Assembly (NCBI RefSeq): GCF_902713615.1
Contig: NC_052158.1
Coordinates: forward strand, 39,485,729-39,549,728
Source: Scyliorhinus canicula
Taxonomy: Eukaryota
Direction: 5' to 3'
Length of the DNA: 64,000 nt
Shown: positions 11,731 to 24,754 of the stretch, in pieces
Position numbering within the stretch: the stretch's first letter is position 1
Layout of the letters: every line of letters starts with the position of its first letter
The notes under the pieces: model-generated
What the model was told of the DNA's origin: nothing
The model's database searches: none
What the model saw: the letters and a program-made list of their open reading frames with translations, nothing else
Program-made: the position numbers and the translations under genes

Positions 11731-12142
11731 GAAAAGTACAGGCAGTGCAGGTTGAGGAGATAGAGAACACACATCCCACTCACCAGCACTGGGAGCGGCC
11801 CCTCAACCCCCAATAATCAGGAGGGGCCGCAAATGACGAGCACTCAGCCGCTAGACACGAAAAACTACCACAACAGAAATACAATAATAAACATCCAATC
11901 TCCCAACAATAAAACAAAAAACAACATCAGTACAAGCAGTAAACAGTCAATCAGTCCACTGCCCTGCCACTCCCACAGTACCAGCATCTTCTTCAGACAC
12001 TATCCAGTCCAAAACTGCAAAAGCCAGTTCTTTCTCTTCCACCTTCAGCCTGGCAGCCGGCCAATCAAATTCCGCTCCTTGCTCCAATCACAGCCAATAA
12101 ACAGATAAGCTGTCAGTGACGGGTGTGGGAAGTGCAGACAAG

Positions 12143-14835
12143 CTCTCTCCTCTCTCTCCACTGCTAGCAACTGGCAGCAGCAATAGGATCCTCTCTCCTC
12201 TCTCCACTGCTCACAACTGGCAGCAGCAATAGGCTCCTCTCTCTCCACTGCTCACAACTGGCAGCAGCAATAGGCTCCTCTCTCCTCTCTCTCCACTGCT
12301 AGCAACTGGCAGCAGCAATAGGATCCTCTCTCCTCTCTCTCCCCTGCTAGCAACTGGCAGCAGCAATAGGATCCTCTCTCTCCACTGCTCACAACTGGCA
12401 GCAGCAATAGGATCCTCTCTCCTCTCTCTCCACGGCTCACAACTGGCAGCAGCAATAGGATCCTCTCTCCTCTCTCTCCACTGCTCACAACTGGCAGCAG
12501 CAATAGGATCCTCTCTCCTCTCTCTCCACTGCTCACAACTGGCAGCAGCAATAGGATCCTCTCTCCTCTCTCTCCACGGCTCACAACTGGCAGCAGCAAT
12601 AGGCTCCTCTCTCCTCTCTCTCCACTGCTCACAACTGGCAGCAGCAATAGGCTCCTCTCTCCTCTCTCTCCACTGCTCACAACTGGCAGCAGCAATAGGA
12701 TCCTCTCTCCTCTCTCTCCACGGCTCACAACTGGCAGCAGCAATAGGATCCTCTCTCCTCTCTCTCCCCTGCTAGCAACTGGCAGCAGCAATAGGATCCT
12801 CTCTCCTCTCTCTCCCCTGCTAGCAACTGGCAGCAGCAATAGGATCCTCTCTCCTCTCTCTCCCCTGCTCACAACTGGCAGCAGCAATAGGATCCTCTCT
12901 CCTCTCTCTCCCCTGCTAGCAACTGGCAGCAGCAATAGGATCCTCTCTCCTCACTGCTCACAACTGGCAGCAGCAATAGGATCCTCTCTCCTCTCTTTCC
13001 ACTGCTCACAACTGGCAGCAGCAATAGGCTCCAATCTCCTCTCTCTCCACTGCTCACAACTGGCAGCAGCAATAGGATCCTCTCTCCTCTCTCTCCACTG
13101 CTCACAACTGGCAGCAGCAATAGGCTCCTCTCTCCTCTCTCTCCCCTGCTCACAACTGGCAGCAGCAATAGGATCCTCTCTCCTCTCTCTCCACTGCTCA
13201 CAACTGGCAGCAGCAATAGGCTCCTCTCTCTCCACTGCTAGCAACTGGCAGCAGCAATAGGATCCTCTCTCCTCTCTCTCCACTGCTAGCAACTGGCAGC
13301 AGCAATAGGATCCTCCCTCCTCTCTCTCCACTGCTAGCAACTGGCAGCAGCAATAGGACCCTCTCTCCTCACTGCTCACAACTGGCAGCAGCAATAGGAT
13401 CCAATCTCCTCTCTTTCCACTGCTCACAACTGGCAGCAGCAATAGGCTCCAATCTCCTCTCTCTCCACTGCTCACAACTGGCAGCAGCAATAGGATCCTC
13501 TCTCCTCTCTCTCCACTGCTCACAACTGGCAGCAGCAATAGGCTCCTCTCTCCTCACTGCTCACAACTGGCAGCAGCAATAGGATCCTCTCTCCTCTCTC
13601 TCCACTGCTAGCAACTGGCAGCAGCAATAGGATCCTCTCTCCTCTCTCTCCACTGCTCACAACTGGCAGCAGCAATAGGCTCCTCTCTCTCCACTGCTCA
13701 CAACTGGCAGCAGCAATAGGATCCTCTCTCCTCTCTCTCCACTGCTCACAACTGGCAGCAGCAATAGGCTCCTCTCTCTCCCCTGCTAGCAACTGGCAGC
13801 AGCAATAGGATCCTCTCTCCTCTCTCCTCACTGCTCACAACTGGCAGCAGCAATAGGATCCTCTCTCCTCTCTCTCCACTGCTCACAACTGGCAGCAGCA
13901 ATAGGATCCTCTCTCCTCTCTCTCCACTGCTCACGACTGGCAGCAGCAATAGGATCCTCTCTCTCCACTGCTCACAACTGGCAGCAGCAATAGGATCCTC
14001 TCTCCTCTCTCTCCCCTGCTAGCAACTGGCAGCAGCAATAGGCTCCTCTCTCCTCTCTCTCCACTTCTCACAACTGGCAGCAGCAATAGGCTCCTCTCTC
14101 CTCTCTCTCCACTGCTCACAACTGGCAGCAGCAATAGGATCCTTTCTCCTCTCTCTCCCCTGCTCACAACTGGCAGCAGCAATAGGCTCCTCTCTCCTCT
14201 CCCTCCCCTGCTAGCAACTGGCAGCAGCAATAGGATCCTCTCTCCTCTCCCTCCCCTGCTCACAACTGGCAGCAGCAATAGGCTCCTCTCTCCTCTCTCT
14301 CCCCTGCTAGCAATTGGCAGCAGCAATAGGATCCTCTCTCCTCTCTCTCCCCTGCTCACAACTGGCAGCAGCAATAGGCTCCTCTCTCTCCCCTGCTAGC
14401 AACTGGCAGCAGCAATAGGATCCTCTCCACTGCTCACAACTGGCAGCAGCAATAGGATCCTCTCTCCTCCCTCTCCACTGCTCACAACTGGCAGCAGCAA
14501 TAGGATCCTCTCTCTTCCCTCTCCACTGCTCACAACTGGCAGCAGCAATAGGATCCTCTCCTCTCTCTCCCCTGCTCACAACTGGCAGCAGCAATAGGAT
14601 CCTCTCTCCTCTCTCTCCACTGCTCACAGCTGGCAGCAGCAATAGGATCCTCTCTCCTCTCTCTCCACTGCTCACAACTGGCAGCAGCAATAGGATCCTC
14701 TCTCCTCTCTCTCCCCTGATCACAACTGGCAGCAGCAATAGGATCCTCTCTCTCCCCTGCTAGCAACTGGCAGCAGCAATAGGATACTCTCTCCTCCCTC
14801 TCCACTGCTCACAACTGGCAGCAGCCATAGGATCC
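12143..14835. repeat. ~48-bp minisatellite, about 56-60 copies, with (CT)n length variants
   Basis: Unit CTCACAACTGGCAGCAGCAATAGGATCCTCTCTCCTCTCTCTCCACTG; the 16-aa periodicity of the track ORFs matches. Confidence 0.97.
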
Positions 14836-14920
14836 ATGACGATATGTGAACTAGGATTTGTGTACATGATATAAAAACCAAACTGGATATAAACATTAGT
14901 GCCTGTATGTATAGATTTGC

Positions 14921-15253
14921 GGCAGCATGGTGGTTAGCATAAATGCTTCACAGCTCCAGGGTCCCAGGTTCGATTCCCGGCTGGGTCACTGTCTGTGTGG
15001 AGTCTGCACGTCCTCCCCGTGTGCGTGGGTTTCCTCCGGGTGCTCCGGTTTCCTCCCACAGTCCAAAGATGTGCGGGTTAGGTGGATTGGCCATGCTAAA
15101 TTGCCCGTAGTGTCCTAATAAAAGTAAGGTTAAGGGGGGGGTTGTTGGGTTACGGGTATAGGGTGGATACGTGGGTTTGAGTAGGGTGATCATGGCTCGG
15201 CACAACATTGAGGGCCGAAGGGCCTGTTCTGTGCCTTACTGTTCTATGTTCTA
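14921..15253 (+). mobile_element. V-SINE (HE1-like) with CR1-derived 3' tail
   Basis: B box GGTTCGATTCCC; V-domain GGGTTTCCTCCGGGTGCTCCGGTTTCCTCCCACAGTCCAAAGA; tail GGGCCGAAGGGCCTGTT...(TTCTATG)n matches the CR1 3' end near 27440. Confidence 0.9.
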
Positions 15254-15387
15254 TTACATTTCTAGCATCCGGCCTCAGGGGGCGTGGCAGCAGGAGAACG
15301 TTACTGGAACACAGACACACGTGAAGCAGAACGTGGATAGCAGGCGTCGAGTCCGGTTGCATATCGAGTAGCTCCTTAGTCAATAGC

Positions 15388-15560
15388 AATGAAATTAAAA
15401 ATAAATGTAAATCGTTTAGTGTCACAAGTAGGCTTCAAATGAAGTTACTGTGAAAAGCCCCTAGTCACCACATTCCAGCACCTGTTCAGGGAGGCTGGTA
15501 TGGGAATTAAACTGTGCTGCTAGCCTGCATTGGTCTGCTTTCAAAGCCAGCGATTTAGCC
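15388..15560 (-). mobile_element. tRNA-derived SINE (family A)
   Basis: Reverse complement of 5410-5601. Confidence 0.8.
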
Positions 15561-16034
15561 CTGGCTGGTTTAATTAATGCTAACTAATTAATGCTGGTTA
15601 ATCACAATTATTTGTATTTAGCCATATTATCCAACTGTACTTATCATTCACATCGTAGAAATCTTTATACTGTTTTGTTAGTTAATAAATAGTTTTGTTC
15701 TTTAACAAAGCCATATGTTCTCTTATTGATTCAACCACAAAAACATTGCCATCCGTGAACATAGAGAACATCACAAGATCCTCTGACCCTCTGGTAGGTA
15801 ACTGGTCGCAGCATCGTTCTCCCTTACCGTAGTCCAGGCTTCAAAGTGCTGAAAAGGCAGCCAGCAGACAGAATCAAACACCAGGTGGGTAAACCGGGTT
15901 CCAGCCAGAAGCAGCAGGAGCTCAGTGAAACACAGCCTGAATGTGACAGGCCTGAGCTTCACCCAGCTAAGGATGATTGTACCCTTGTCCAGATTGGACC
16001 ATAACCCTCAGGGAGGTCACAAGAGAAGGACAAT

Positions 16035-17015
16035 AGATTCCAGGTGGCCAATATTTTAAGTTTATTGACAACTCCAGAATATAAAAGCAGCAAAAAGCTA
16101 AAAACAGGCAGGCAAATCAGTAATATGCCAAAAACATTCACACACTATAAACAAAACCAGGAGCTCTCAAGCCAGTACACACCCAGCACCAACTCCCCCC
16201 CCCCCCCCCCTAACAGTAGCCCCACATCGGTGGAAAGGCGCCAAAACGGGAAGCAGAGGCCATTGGAAAAGGACAGACCGGTGCAGAGCACAATGAGAGA
16301 GAGAGAGGGAACACCCTCCCCTCCCAAGAGGGAGCACATTTCAACCCAAAACAATTCCTTCAAACAAATCACCAATTGTAAAGTCAGCGTATAGCCACTT
16401 CACCCCCCCCCCCCCCCCAATGGTAACCCCACATCAGTGGAAAGGCATCCAAAGACCAGCGGAAAAGCACACACCGATAAGGGGCGTGGGAGAGAGAGAG
16501 AACTCACTTTACCAAAAAAAATCAAGACACAATGCAGGGTAACTACAAAACAAAACCCATCAAGCAATTAAGTACAAGGCCAAGCCGGCAGCACTCAGGC
16601 CAGCGCACGCTCCTTCTCCCCCCACCCCCTCCTTCCACCCCCCCCCCTCCTTCCACCCCCCCCCCTCCCCCCCCCCTCCTTCCACCCCCCCCCCCCTCCC
16701 CCCACCCCCCCCCCCTCCTTCCACCCCCCCCGGATCCAGCAACAGTCCCACATTGGTGGAAAGGCACTGCAAGCAGCACAGTCCACCAGAAAAGGGCAGG
16801 CAGTGCAGGACTGAGGAGAGAGATAGAAAACGCTCCTCCCTCTCATGAGCACTGGGAGGGACCCCTCAACCCCCAGTTTGCAGAAGCAGGAGGGGCCGCA
16901 ACTGGGAATCTCCCAGCCACTCGGCACAAATATAACACACAACAAAAATACAATATTAATTATACAATCCTCCCACAATGAAACAAAAACCAACATCAGT
17001 CCAAAGTAGCAAGCA
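16035..17015. repeat. Unclassified ~1-kb dispersed repeat, copy 2
   Basis: Direct-orientation homolog of 10917-11945, lacking the 122-bp Penelope insert and with longer poly-C tracts. Confidence 0.7.
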
Positions 17016-17310
17016 TGGTCAGAGAAAATGCTGGAAAATCTCAGCAGGTCTGGCAGCATCTGTAGGTAGAGAAACGAGCTAACGTTTCGAGTCCGATGAC
17101 TCTTTGTCAAACCAAACAGACAGTGAAAGTGGGAAATATAGTGGAGTTTGAATGAAAGATGAGTCATAGCCACAGAAACCCTGGGAAACCGGGTGCTAAT
17201 GGCCACAGATACCATGGGGAAAGAGTGTTAATGGCAGTCCCCAGAGAGGACAAAAGATGTGAAAGGTCAAACAGCAGGGAAACTATCATCAGACGATGAA
17301 CTGTGATAGA
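17016..17310 (-). mobile_element. Penelope pLTR fragment of a second family, with a decayed hammerhead
   Basis: Minus strand 17113-17076 reads TTTGACAAA-GAGTC-ATCG-GACTC-GAAACGTTA: perfect stem II and GAAAC/ACGT palindrome, but CUGANGA is mutated to UUGACAA. Confidence 0.6.
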
Positions 17311-17318
17311 TGGTCGCC

Positions 17319-17576
17319 ATGATGTGGAGATGCCGGTGTTGGACTGGGGTGAGCACAGTAAGAAGTCTTACAACACCAGGTTAAAGTCTAACAGGTCTTT
17401 CCTCACTGCTTTCCGCATTGCTGCTTTCTCAGGTGATTGAAGAAGTATGTTCCAGAAACATATATCCAGACAAATTCAAAGATGCCAGACAATGCTTAGA
17501 ATGCGAGCATTTGCAGGTAATTAAGTTGTTGCCGATCCAGAGATAGGGGTAATCCCAGGTTAAAGAGGTGTCAATT
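17319..17576 (-). mobile_element. 3' end (pLTR) of the minus-strand Penelope copy, left of the Rex/Babar insertion
   Basis: 17425-17576 is the reverse complement of 21690-21830; 17319-17398 matches the pLTR terminus also seen at 11609. Confidence 0.8.
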
Positions 17577-18844
17577 CGCATACCGTCGCAACCGGTCCAC
17601 ATCAGACGCCATTTCCCTAGCCCTACACTCATCCCTAGAGCATCTCAAAAACAAGGACTCCTACATCAGACTCCTATTTATTGACTACAGCTCTGCCTTC
17701 AACACCATAATCCCAGCCAAGCTAACATCAAAGCTCCAAAATATAGGACTTGGCTCTCCACTCTGCAACTGGATCCTTGATTTTCTGACCAACATACCAC
17801 AATCAGTAAGAATGAACACCAACACCTCCTCCACAATAGTCCTCAATACCGGTGCCCCGCAAGGCTGCGTACTTAGCCCCCTACTATACTCGCTGTACAC
17901 ACATGACTGTGTGGCAAAACTTGGTTCCAACTCCATCTACAGGTTTGCTGACGATACGACCATAGTGGGCCGGATCTCGAATAATGACGAGTCAGAATAC
18001 AGGAGGGAGATAGAGAACCTAGTGGAGTGGTGTAACGACAATAATCTCTCACTCAATGCCAGCAAAACTAAAGAGCTGGTCATTGACTTCAGGAAGCAAA
18101 GTACTGTACACACCCCTGTCAGGATCAACAGGGCCGAGGTGGAGATGGTTAGCAGTTTCAAATTCCTAGGGGTGCACATCACCAAAAACCTGTCCTGGTC
18201 CACTCACGTTGACGCAATCACCAAGAAAGCACAACCGCACCTATACTTCCTCAGGAAACTAAGGAAATTCGGCATGTCCACATTAACCCTTACCAACTTT
18301 TACAGATGCACTATAGAAAGCATCCTATTGGGCTGCATCACAGCCTGGTATGGCAACTACTCAGCACAGGACCTCAAAGAACTTCAGAGAGTCGTGAATA
18401 CCGCCCAGTCCATCACACAAACCTGCCTCCCATCCATGGACTCCATCTACACCTCCCGCTGCCGGGGGAAAGCGGGCAGCATAATCAAGGATCCCTTCCA
18501 CCCGGCTTACTCACTTTTCCAACTTCTTCCATCGGGCAGGAGATACGGAAGTCTGAGAACACGCACGAACAGACTCAAAAACAGCTTCTTCACCATTGTC
18601 ACCAGACTCCTAAATGACCCTCTTATTGACTGACCTCATTAACACTACACCCTGTATGCTTCATCCGATGCCAATGCTTATGTAGTTACATTGTGTACCT
18701 TGTGTTGCCCTATTATGTATTTTCTTGAATTTTGTTTAATTCCCTTTTCTTCCATGTACTGAATGATCTGTTGAGCTGCTTGCAGAAAAATACTTTTCAC
18801 TGTACCTCAGTTCACGTGACAATAAACAAATCCAGGAATCCAGG
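17577..18844 (+). mobile_element. 5'-truncated Rex1/Babar-type LINE (RT domain + 3'UTR) inserted in a Penelope element
   Basis: [41 protein letters not shown]; AATAAA and short AATCCAGG tail; AATT on both sides (17573-17576, 18845-18848). Confidence 0.88.
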
Positions 18845-19671
18845 AATTGTCTCAAGCCAGGACAGTTGGTAGGATTTTGCAAGTCCTGGCCAGATGGTGG
18901 GGGGTGAATGTAATATGACATGAATCCCAGGTCCCGGTTGAGGCCGCACTCATGTGTGCGGAACTTGGCTATAAGTTTCTGCTCGGCGATTCTGCATTGT
19001 CGCGCGTCCTGAAAGCCACCTTGGAGAATCAGAGATCAGAGGCTGAATGCCCTTGACTGCTGAAGTATTCCCCGACTGGAAGGGAACATTCCTGCCTGGT
19101 GATTGTCGCGCGATGTCCGTTCATCCGTTGTCACAGCGTCTGCATGGTCTCGGCAATGTACCACGCTTCGGGACATCCTTTCCTGCAGCATATGAGATGG
19201 ACAACGTTGGCCGAGTCACACGAGTATGTACCGCGTACCTGGTGGGTGGTGTTCTCACTTGTAATGGTGGTACCCATGTCGATGATCTGGCACGTCTTGC
19301 AGAGATTGCCATAGCAGAATTGTGTGGTGTCGTGGCCGCTGTTCTGAAGGCTGGGTAATTTGCTGCAAACAATGGTTTGTTTGAGGTTGCGCGGTTGTTT
19401 GAAGGTAAGTAGTGGGGGTGTGGGGATGACCTTGGCAAGATGTTCATCTTCATCGATGACATGTTGAAGGCTGCGAAGAAGATGTTGTAGTTTCTCCGCT
19501 CCGGGGAAGTACTGGACGACGAAGGGTACTCTGTTGGTTGTGTCCCGTGTTTGTCTTCTGAGGAGGTCGGTGCGGTTTTTGCTGTGGCGCGTTGGAACTG
19601 TTGATCGATGAGTCGAGCGCCATATCCCGTTCGTACGAGGGCATCTTTCAGCAGCTGTAGATGTCTGTTAC
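18845..19671 (-). mobile_element. Penelope-like element, inverted copy (RT C-terminus + GIY-YIG endonuclease)
   Basis: Reverse complement of 21150-21690 plus a segment deleted from the + copy; encodes LKDALVRTGYGARLID and VVYLI.C..GC..AWYI-type sequence. Confidence 0.88.
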
Positions 19672-21912
19672 CAGCAGCAACCAAGCTTCCCCCAATACCA
19701 CAGTAGAAAACAATACAGGGAAATCTATTGTCAACTTGTCGGACTACACCCTTCAACCAGACGAAATCGAAGTCCTCAGCAGAGGGCTCAATTTCTGCAC
19801 CACCACCAAAATGGACCCCATCAGTCTTGTGGCAGACACGGAGGAATTCATCAGGCGAATGAGGCTCCGGGAATTCTTCCACAGACCCCAAGAGGCCGAC
19901 AGTGAACCCAAGGAGACGACCAATGAACCGGAACAGCAGACCGAGAGATCTGCGGTGCGGCAACCGAAGAGGAAAGAGTCGAATTGGACCCCTCCGGAAG
20001 GCCGCTGCCCTAGACTCGACATGTATGCTCAAGCGTCAGGAGTCGCGTCAATGCCAGATTCATCAGTCGCATTCACAAGGCAGCCCCGAACATCACCCAA
20101 GCACAACACAACGCCATCCGCGTTCTCAAGACCAACCGCAACATCGTCATCAAACCAGCAGACAAAGGAGGGGCCACCGTCATACTGAACAGAACAGACT
20201 ACTGCAAAGAGGTATACAGACAACTCAACAACCTGGAACACTACAGTTACCCGCAGATCCGACCAAGGAACACATCCGTCAACTCAACAGACTGATCAAG
20301 ACCTTGGATCCAGACCTTCAGAACACCCTACGTGCTCTCATCCCGCATACTCCCTGCATTGGAGATCTTTACTGCCTCCCGAAAATACACAAGGGTAACA
20401 CACCAGGACGTCGTATCGTTTCAGGCAATGGGACTCTGTGTGAGAACCTCTCTGGCTACATCGAGGGCATCTTGAAACCCATCGTACAAGGTACGCCCAG
20501 CTTCTGTCGCGACACGACGGACTTCCTACAGAAACTCAGCACCCATGGACCAATTGAACCAGGAACATTCCTTGTCACAATGGATGTCTCGGCACTCTAC
20601 ACCAGCATCCCCCATGACGACGGCATTGCTGCAACAGCCTCAGTCCTCAACACCGACAACTGCCAATCTCCAGACGCAATTCTGCAACTCATCCGCTTCA
20701 TTCTAGATCACAACGTCTTCACCTTCGACAACAAATTCTTCATCCAGACGCATGGAACAGCCATGGGGACCAAATTCACACCTCAATATGCCAACATCTT
20801 CATGCACAAGTTTGAACAAGACCTCCTCACCGCACAGGACCTTCAACCGACGTTATACACCAGATACATCGATGACATTTTATTCCTTTGGACCCATGGC
20901 AAAGAATCACTGAATCGACTACACGATGACATCAATAAGTTCCATCCCACCATCAGACTCACCATGGACTACTCTCCAAAATCAGTTGCATTCTTGGACA
21001 CACTCATCTCAGCACTTTGCTTTACCGCAAGCCCACGGATAACCTCACGATGCTCCACTTCTCCAGCTTTCACCCTAAACACATTAAAGAAGCCATCCCT
21101 TATGGACAAGCCCTCCGTATACAAAGGATCTGCTCAGACGAGAAAGAAAGTAACAGACATCTACAGACACTGAAAGATGCCCTCGTACGAACGGGATATG
21201 GCGCTCGACTCATCGATCGACAGTTCCAACGCACCACAGCAAAAAACCGCACCAACCTCCTCAGAAGACAAACGCGGGACACAACCAACAGAGTACTCTT
21301 CGTCGTCCAGTACTTACCTGGAGCGGAGAAACTATGACATCTTCTTCGCAGCCTTCAACACGTCATCGAGGAAGATGAACATCTTGCCAACGTCAACCCC
21401 ACACCCCCACTACTTGCGCGACAATCACCAGGGAGGAATGTTCCCTTCCAGTCGGGGAACACTTCAGCAGTCAAGGGCATTCAGCTCTGATCTCCGGGTA
21501 AGCGTTCTCCAAGGCGGCCTTCAGGACGTGCGACAACACAGAATCACCGAGCAGAAACTTACAAAAAAGTTCCGCACACATGAGTACGGCCTCATCCGGG
21601 ACCTGGGATTCATGTCGCATTACATTCATCCCCACCATCTGGCCTCAGCTTGCAAAATCCTACCAACTGTCCTGGCTTGAGACAATTCACACCTCTTTAA
21701 CCTGGGGTTACCCCTATCTCTGGATCTGTAAAGATTTAATTACCTGCAAATCCTCGCATTCTAAGCATTGTCTGGCATCTTTGACTTTGTCTATATACAT
21801 ATTTCTGGAACATTCCTCTTCATTCACCTGAGGAAGGAGCAGTGCTCCGTAAGCTGGTGTTTGAAACAAACCTGTTGGAATTTAACCTGGTGTTGTAAGA
21901 CTTCTTACTGTG
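19672..21912 (+). mobile_element. Penelope-like retroelement, frameshifted RT, partly deleted GIY-YIG, 3' pLTR
   Basis: IVIKPADKGG, YCLPKIHK, GTAMGTKF.PQYANIFM, YIDD at 20865-20876; pLTR with mutated hammerhead (GTAA for GAAA) at 21825-21859. Confidence 0.92.
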
Positions 21913-21929
21913 ATAGATGGAGAAGTGGG

Positions 21930-22520
21930 GGGGAGGGGAAGGGGGAAGCAAAGGGAAGAAAGGGTAAGGAAAGGTGGATAAGATGGGGGGGTTAAGAAAG
22001 ACAAGAAAGAAAGAAATGGTAAGAGACAGTAAAAATGAAATGGGATGAAAACAAATGGGTCGAGGTGGGTGAGAGCTAATCATCTGAAGTTGTTCAATTT
22101 GATGTTCAGGCCGGAAGGCTGTAGCGTGCCTAACTGGAAGATGAGATGTTGTTCCTCCAGTTTGCGTTGAGCTTCACTGAAACACTGCAGCAGGCCAAGA
22201 ACAGACATGTGAGCATGGGAGCAGGGTCTTTTGTTAAAATGGCAAAGAACAGGAAGGTCAGGGTCCTGAATACGCACAGACCGAAGATGCTCAGCAAAGC
22301 GATCATCCAGTCTGCGTTTGGTCTCTCCGATATAGAGGAGACCACATTGGGAGCAGCGAATGCAATAGACCAAATTGAAAGAGGTGCAAGTGAAACGCTG
22401 CTTAACCTGGAATGAGTGTTTTAGGCCTGGAATGTTAAGCATGGAAGAGGTAAAGGGGCAGGTGTTACACCTTCTGCGATTGCGTGGGAAGGTGCCATGG
22501 GAGAGGCACTGGGTATGGTG
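21930..22520 (-). mobile_element. Penelope (second family) GIY-YIG endonuclease fragment
   Basis: FTCTSFNLVYCIRCSQCGLLYIGETKRRL..RFAEH...L.IFQLGTLQPSGLN. Confidence 0.88.
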
Positions 22521-22564
22521 GAGGAGTTCCTTCCAGTTGGGGAACACTTCAGCAGTCAAGGGGG

Positions 22565-23465
22565 GGCAGATCTTAGCCTTTGCTTCGCTGATTGCCCGGA
22601 GGCAGGTCCTGTTGGGGTGGAGGTTAGCTTCTCCATCATGTGACACGGCTTGGCCGGGGGGGGGGGGGGGGGGGGGAACTACTTGAATATTTTGACTCTC
22701 GAGAAGGTGAAGTCTCAGCTAATGGAGATGAAGGAAGGCCTTCACAATTAATGGAGGCTGTTGATCATGCACTTCCCAGAATTATTCACCATTGAACAGT
22801 AGGGGTCGGCAATATGGTTGTCTTTGCTTAAACTGTTTATGGATTGATTGTTAATTCGTGTTTTTTACCTGGAATGTACGTCCGGGTGGATGTTTTGGTC
22901 TGTATATTGAGGGGGGGGGGGGGGGTGTTTATTATTGGGGGACTGTTATTGTATTTGTTATTGGATGTTTTTTCTTTGGTTGTTTATTGATGAAAATGTT
23001 GAAAATGAGGAGAGTAAAAGGATTTAAAATAAAAGGATGAATCTGTCATGCACACTCGCTGGGAGATGGGTGCACACTTGCACTCTGCGCATCTCATGGT
23101 TGCACACTAGCTGCGTATTGAGGAAGTGGAACACCTTCCAGTTGATGAAAGGGAATCCCTGGTGACCTGGGCTGCGAAGTGTCCCCTGCACCTGTGCAAC
23201 CTGCTATCTGGTAAAACCTCGTGGATAGGGTGGGGACTCTGGAGCGAAGCACGACCAAGGGCTCACTCAACCTCCAAATGCACAAAACCCATCCCAAAAC
23301 AGCTAAAAGTGATACGCAGAGCCCACTTAACAAGAACCCGAATGAGTAGGTTCTTCCCAGAAGCAGAGGACAGATGTGAAAGGTGCCAAGGAGGCCTTAC
23401 CAACCATGCCCACATGTTCTGGTCTTGCCCCAGACAGCCTTCTTCGAGGCAATGTCCAAAGTGAT
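22565..23465 (+). mobile_element. L1/Tx1-clade LINE ORF2 C-terminal and 3'UTR fragments
   Basis: LAFASLIARRQVLLGWR at 22570-22630, G/T-rich 3'UTR ending AATAAA near 23030, and CERC...HAHMFWSCP zinc-knuckle motif at 23370-23430. Confidence 0.75.
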
Positions 23466-23471
23466 GGGTAT

Positions 23472-24753
23472 TGTTTTGTTATACTCTTGACGTACCATAA
23501 GCTGCTTCCTTGATGTGCACTCTGACAAAGAAAGGTTCAGACGTGGAGATAACTTCAACACGATAATTAAACTATTAACAATTCTCCTACTTGGATTAAG
23601 TGGGCGTGGTCTGGGGCCTCTGATGTCATGAAGCATGTGATATAGGTTGTAGGAAGTGATTGGGCATGCTCAGATCTTTGTTCCTTTACTTGGGGACTTT
23701 TTCTCAACTGCGCATGTGCAGCACCTTTATCAAGATGGCCGCCAATTAAAATTGTCGTTCTCTTCTCCAGGGCCTCGGCCTCGTGGTGAGTATTGGCGCC
23801 TCTCTTACCATTTTCTGTTGGTTTGTATGTGTTTTCCTCGCAGTATTGTTCGAATTTGTCCAGGACTGCCTGGAAGTCGCTCCTGTTGGAGAACTTGAAT
23901 GTTTTGAAGATTTCTTCTGCTCTGGCACCCGCGATGGTGAGCAGAAGCTCTGTCTTTTCAGAATCGGCCATGTCTTGTAGGTCGGCTGCTACCTGGAAGA
24001 TCTCAAACCTTTGCCTGAATGCACGCCAGTTTTCACTGAGATTGCCCTGGCACCTGAGCCGCTGTGGAACCGGAATCTCGATCATCTTGCCTGGGTGTTG
24101 TTGCTGGTTGTCACTGTTTGCTGAGTTGTAACTATATGGATTTAAATGGTCACTTCTGTGTACCATGTTTTGTTATGCTCTTGACGTAGCATGAGCTGCT
24201 TCCTTGATGTGCACTCTGACAAAGGAAGGTTCAGACATGGAGATAACTTCAACACGTTTATTAAACTATTAACAATTCTCCTACTTGAAAATGAAAAAAA
24301 TGAAAATCGCTTATTGTCACGAGTAGGCTTCAATGAAGTTACTGTGAAAAGCCCATAGTCGCCATATTCCGGTGCCTGTTCGGGGAGGCTGGTACTTGGA
24401 TTCGACTCTACTGTTAATCCTTCTATAGCTACTCAGACTGACGAACCAGTCTGCTACAATCCACGTGGTGGGTGTGATGTTGAATCAACCATGTGCCTGT
24501 ACTCACTGAGTGTCTCCACTGGAAAGAGGAAGATCATGTGTGCTGTGTCCTTTATATATGGGTTGATTTAATGCCCCCCTGTAGTAGTGTAACCGCTGTG
24601 TGTATCGTGAATGCCCATTGGTCATGTCCTATCTTACTGACCTATTGGTTGAGTGTCTGTGTGTCATGTCTCTGGCACTCCCTCTAGTGTCTAGCTAGTC
24701 TACGTGTACTTACATTAACCCCTTGTGTATCTACAGTGATGCATATCACCACA
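23472..24753 (-). mobile_element. Internally deleted Gypsy LTR element: 5'LTR 24753-24166, PBS, gag N-terminus, partial 3'LTR
   Basis: TG...CA LTR ends; TGGTAC PBS at 24165-24160; gag GNLSENWRAFRQRFEIF...LLLTIAG..AEEIFKTF; 23472-23600 duplicates 24166-24290. Confidence 0.85.
24290..24395 (-). mobile_element. Truncated family A SINE inserted in the Gypsy LTR
   Basis: Interrupts the LTR at CTCCTACTTG|GATT relative to the 23580 copy. Confidence 0.8.
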
Positions 24754-24754
24754 G

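Larger units (their letters stand above)
10917..11945. repeat. Unclassified ~1-kb dispersed repeat, copy 1 (LINE 3'UTR-like or solo-LTR-like)
   Basis: Homologous end to end with 16035-17015; internal CCCCACATCGGTGGAAAG-like modules after poly-C runs; minus-strand AATAAA near the left end. Confidence 0.7.

Noticed and set aside
12045-14805. LLLLPVVSSGERGERI-type repeat ORFs
   Set aside because: Translation of the 48-bp minisatellite, with frames shifting at (CT)n slippage.
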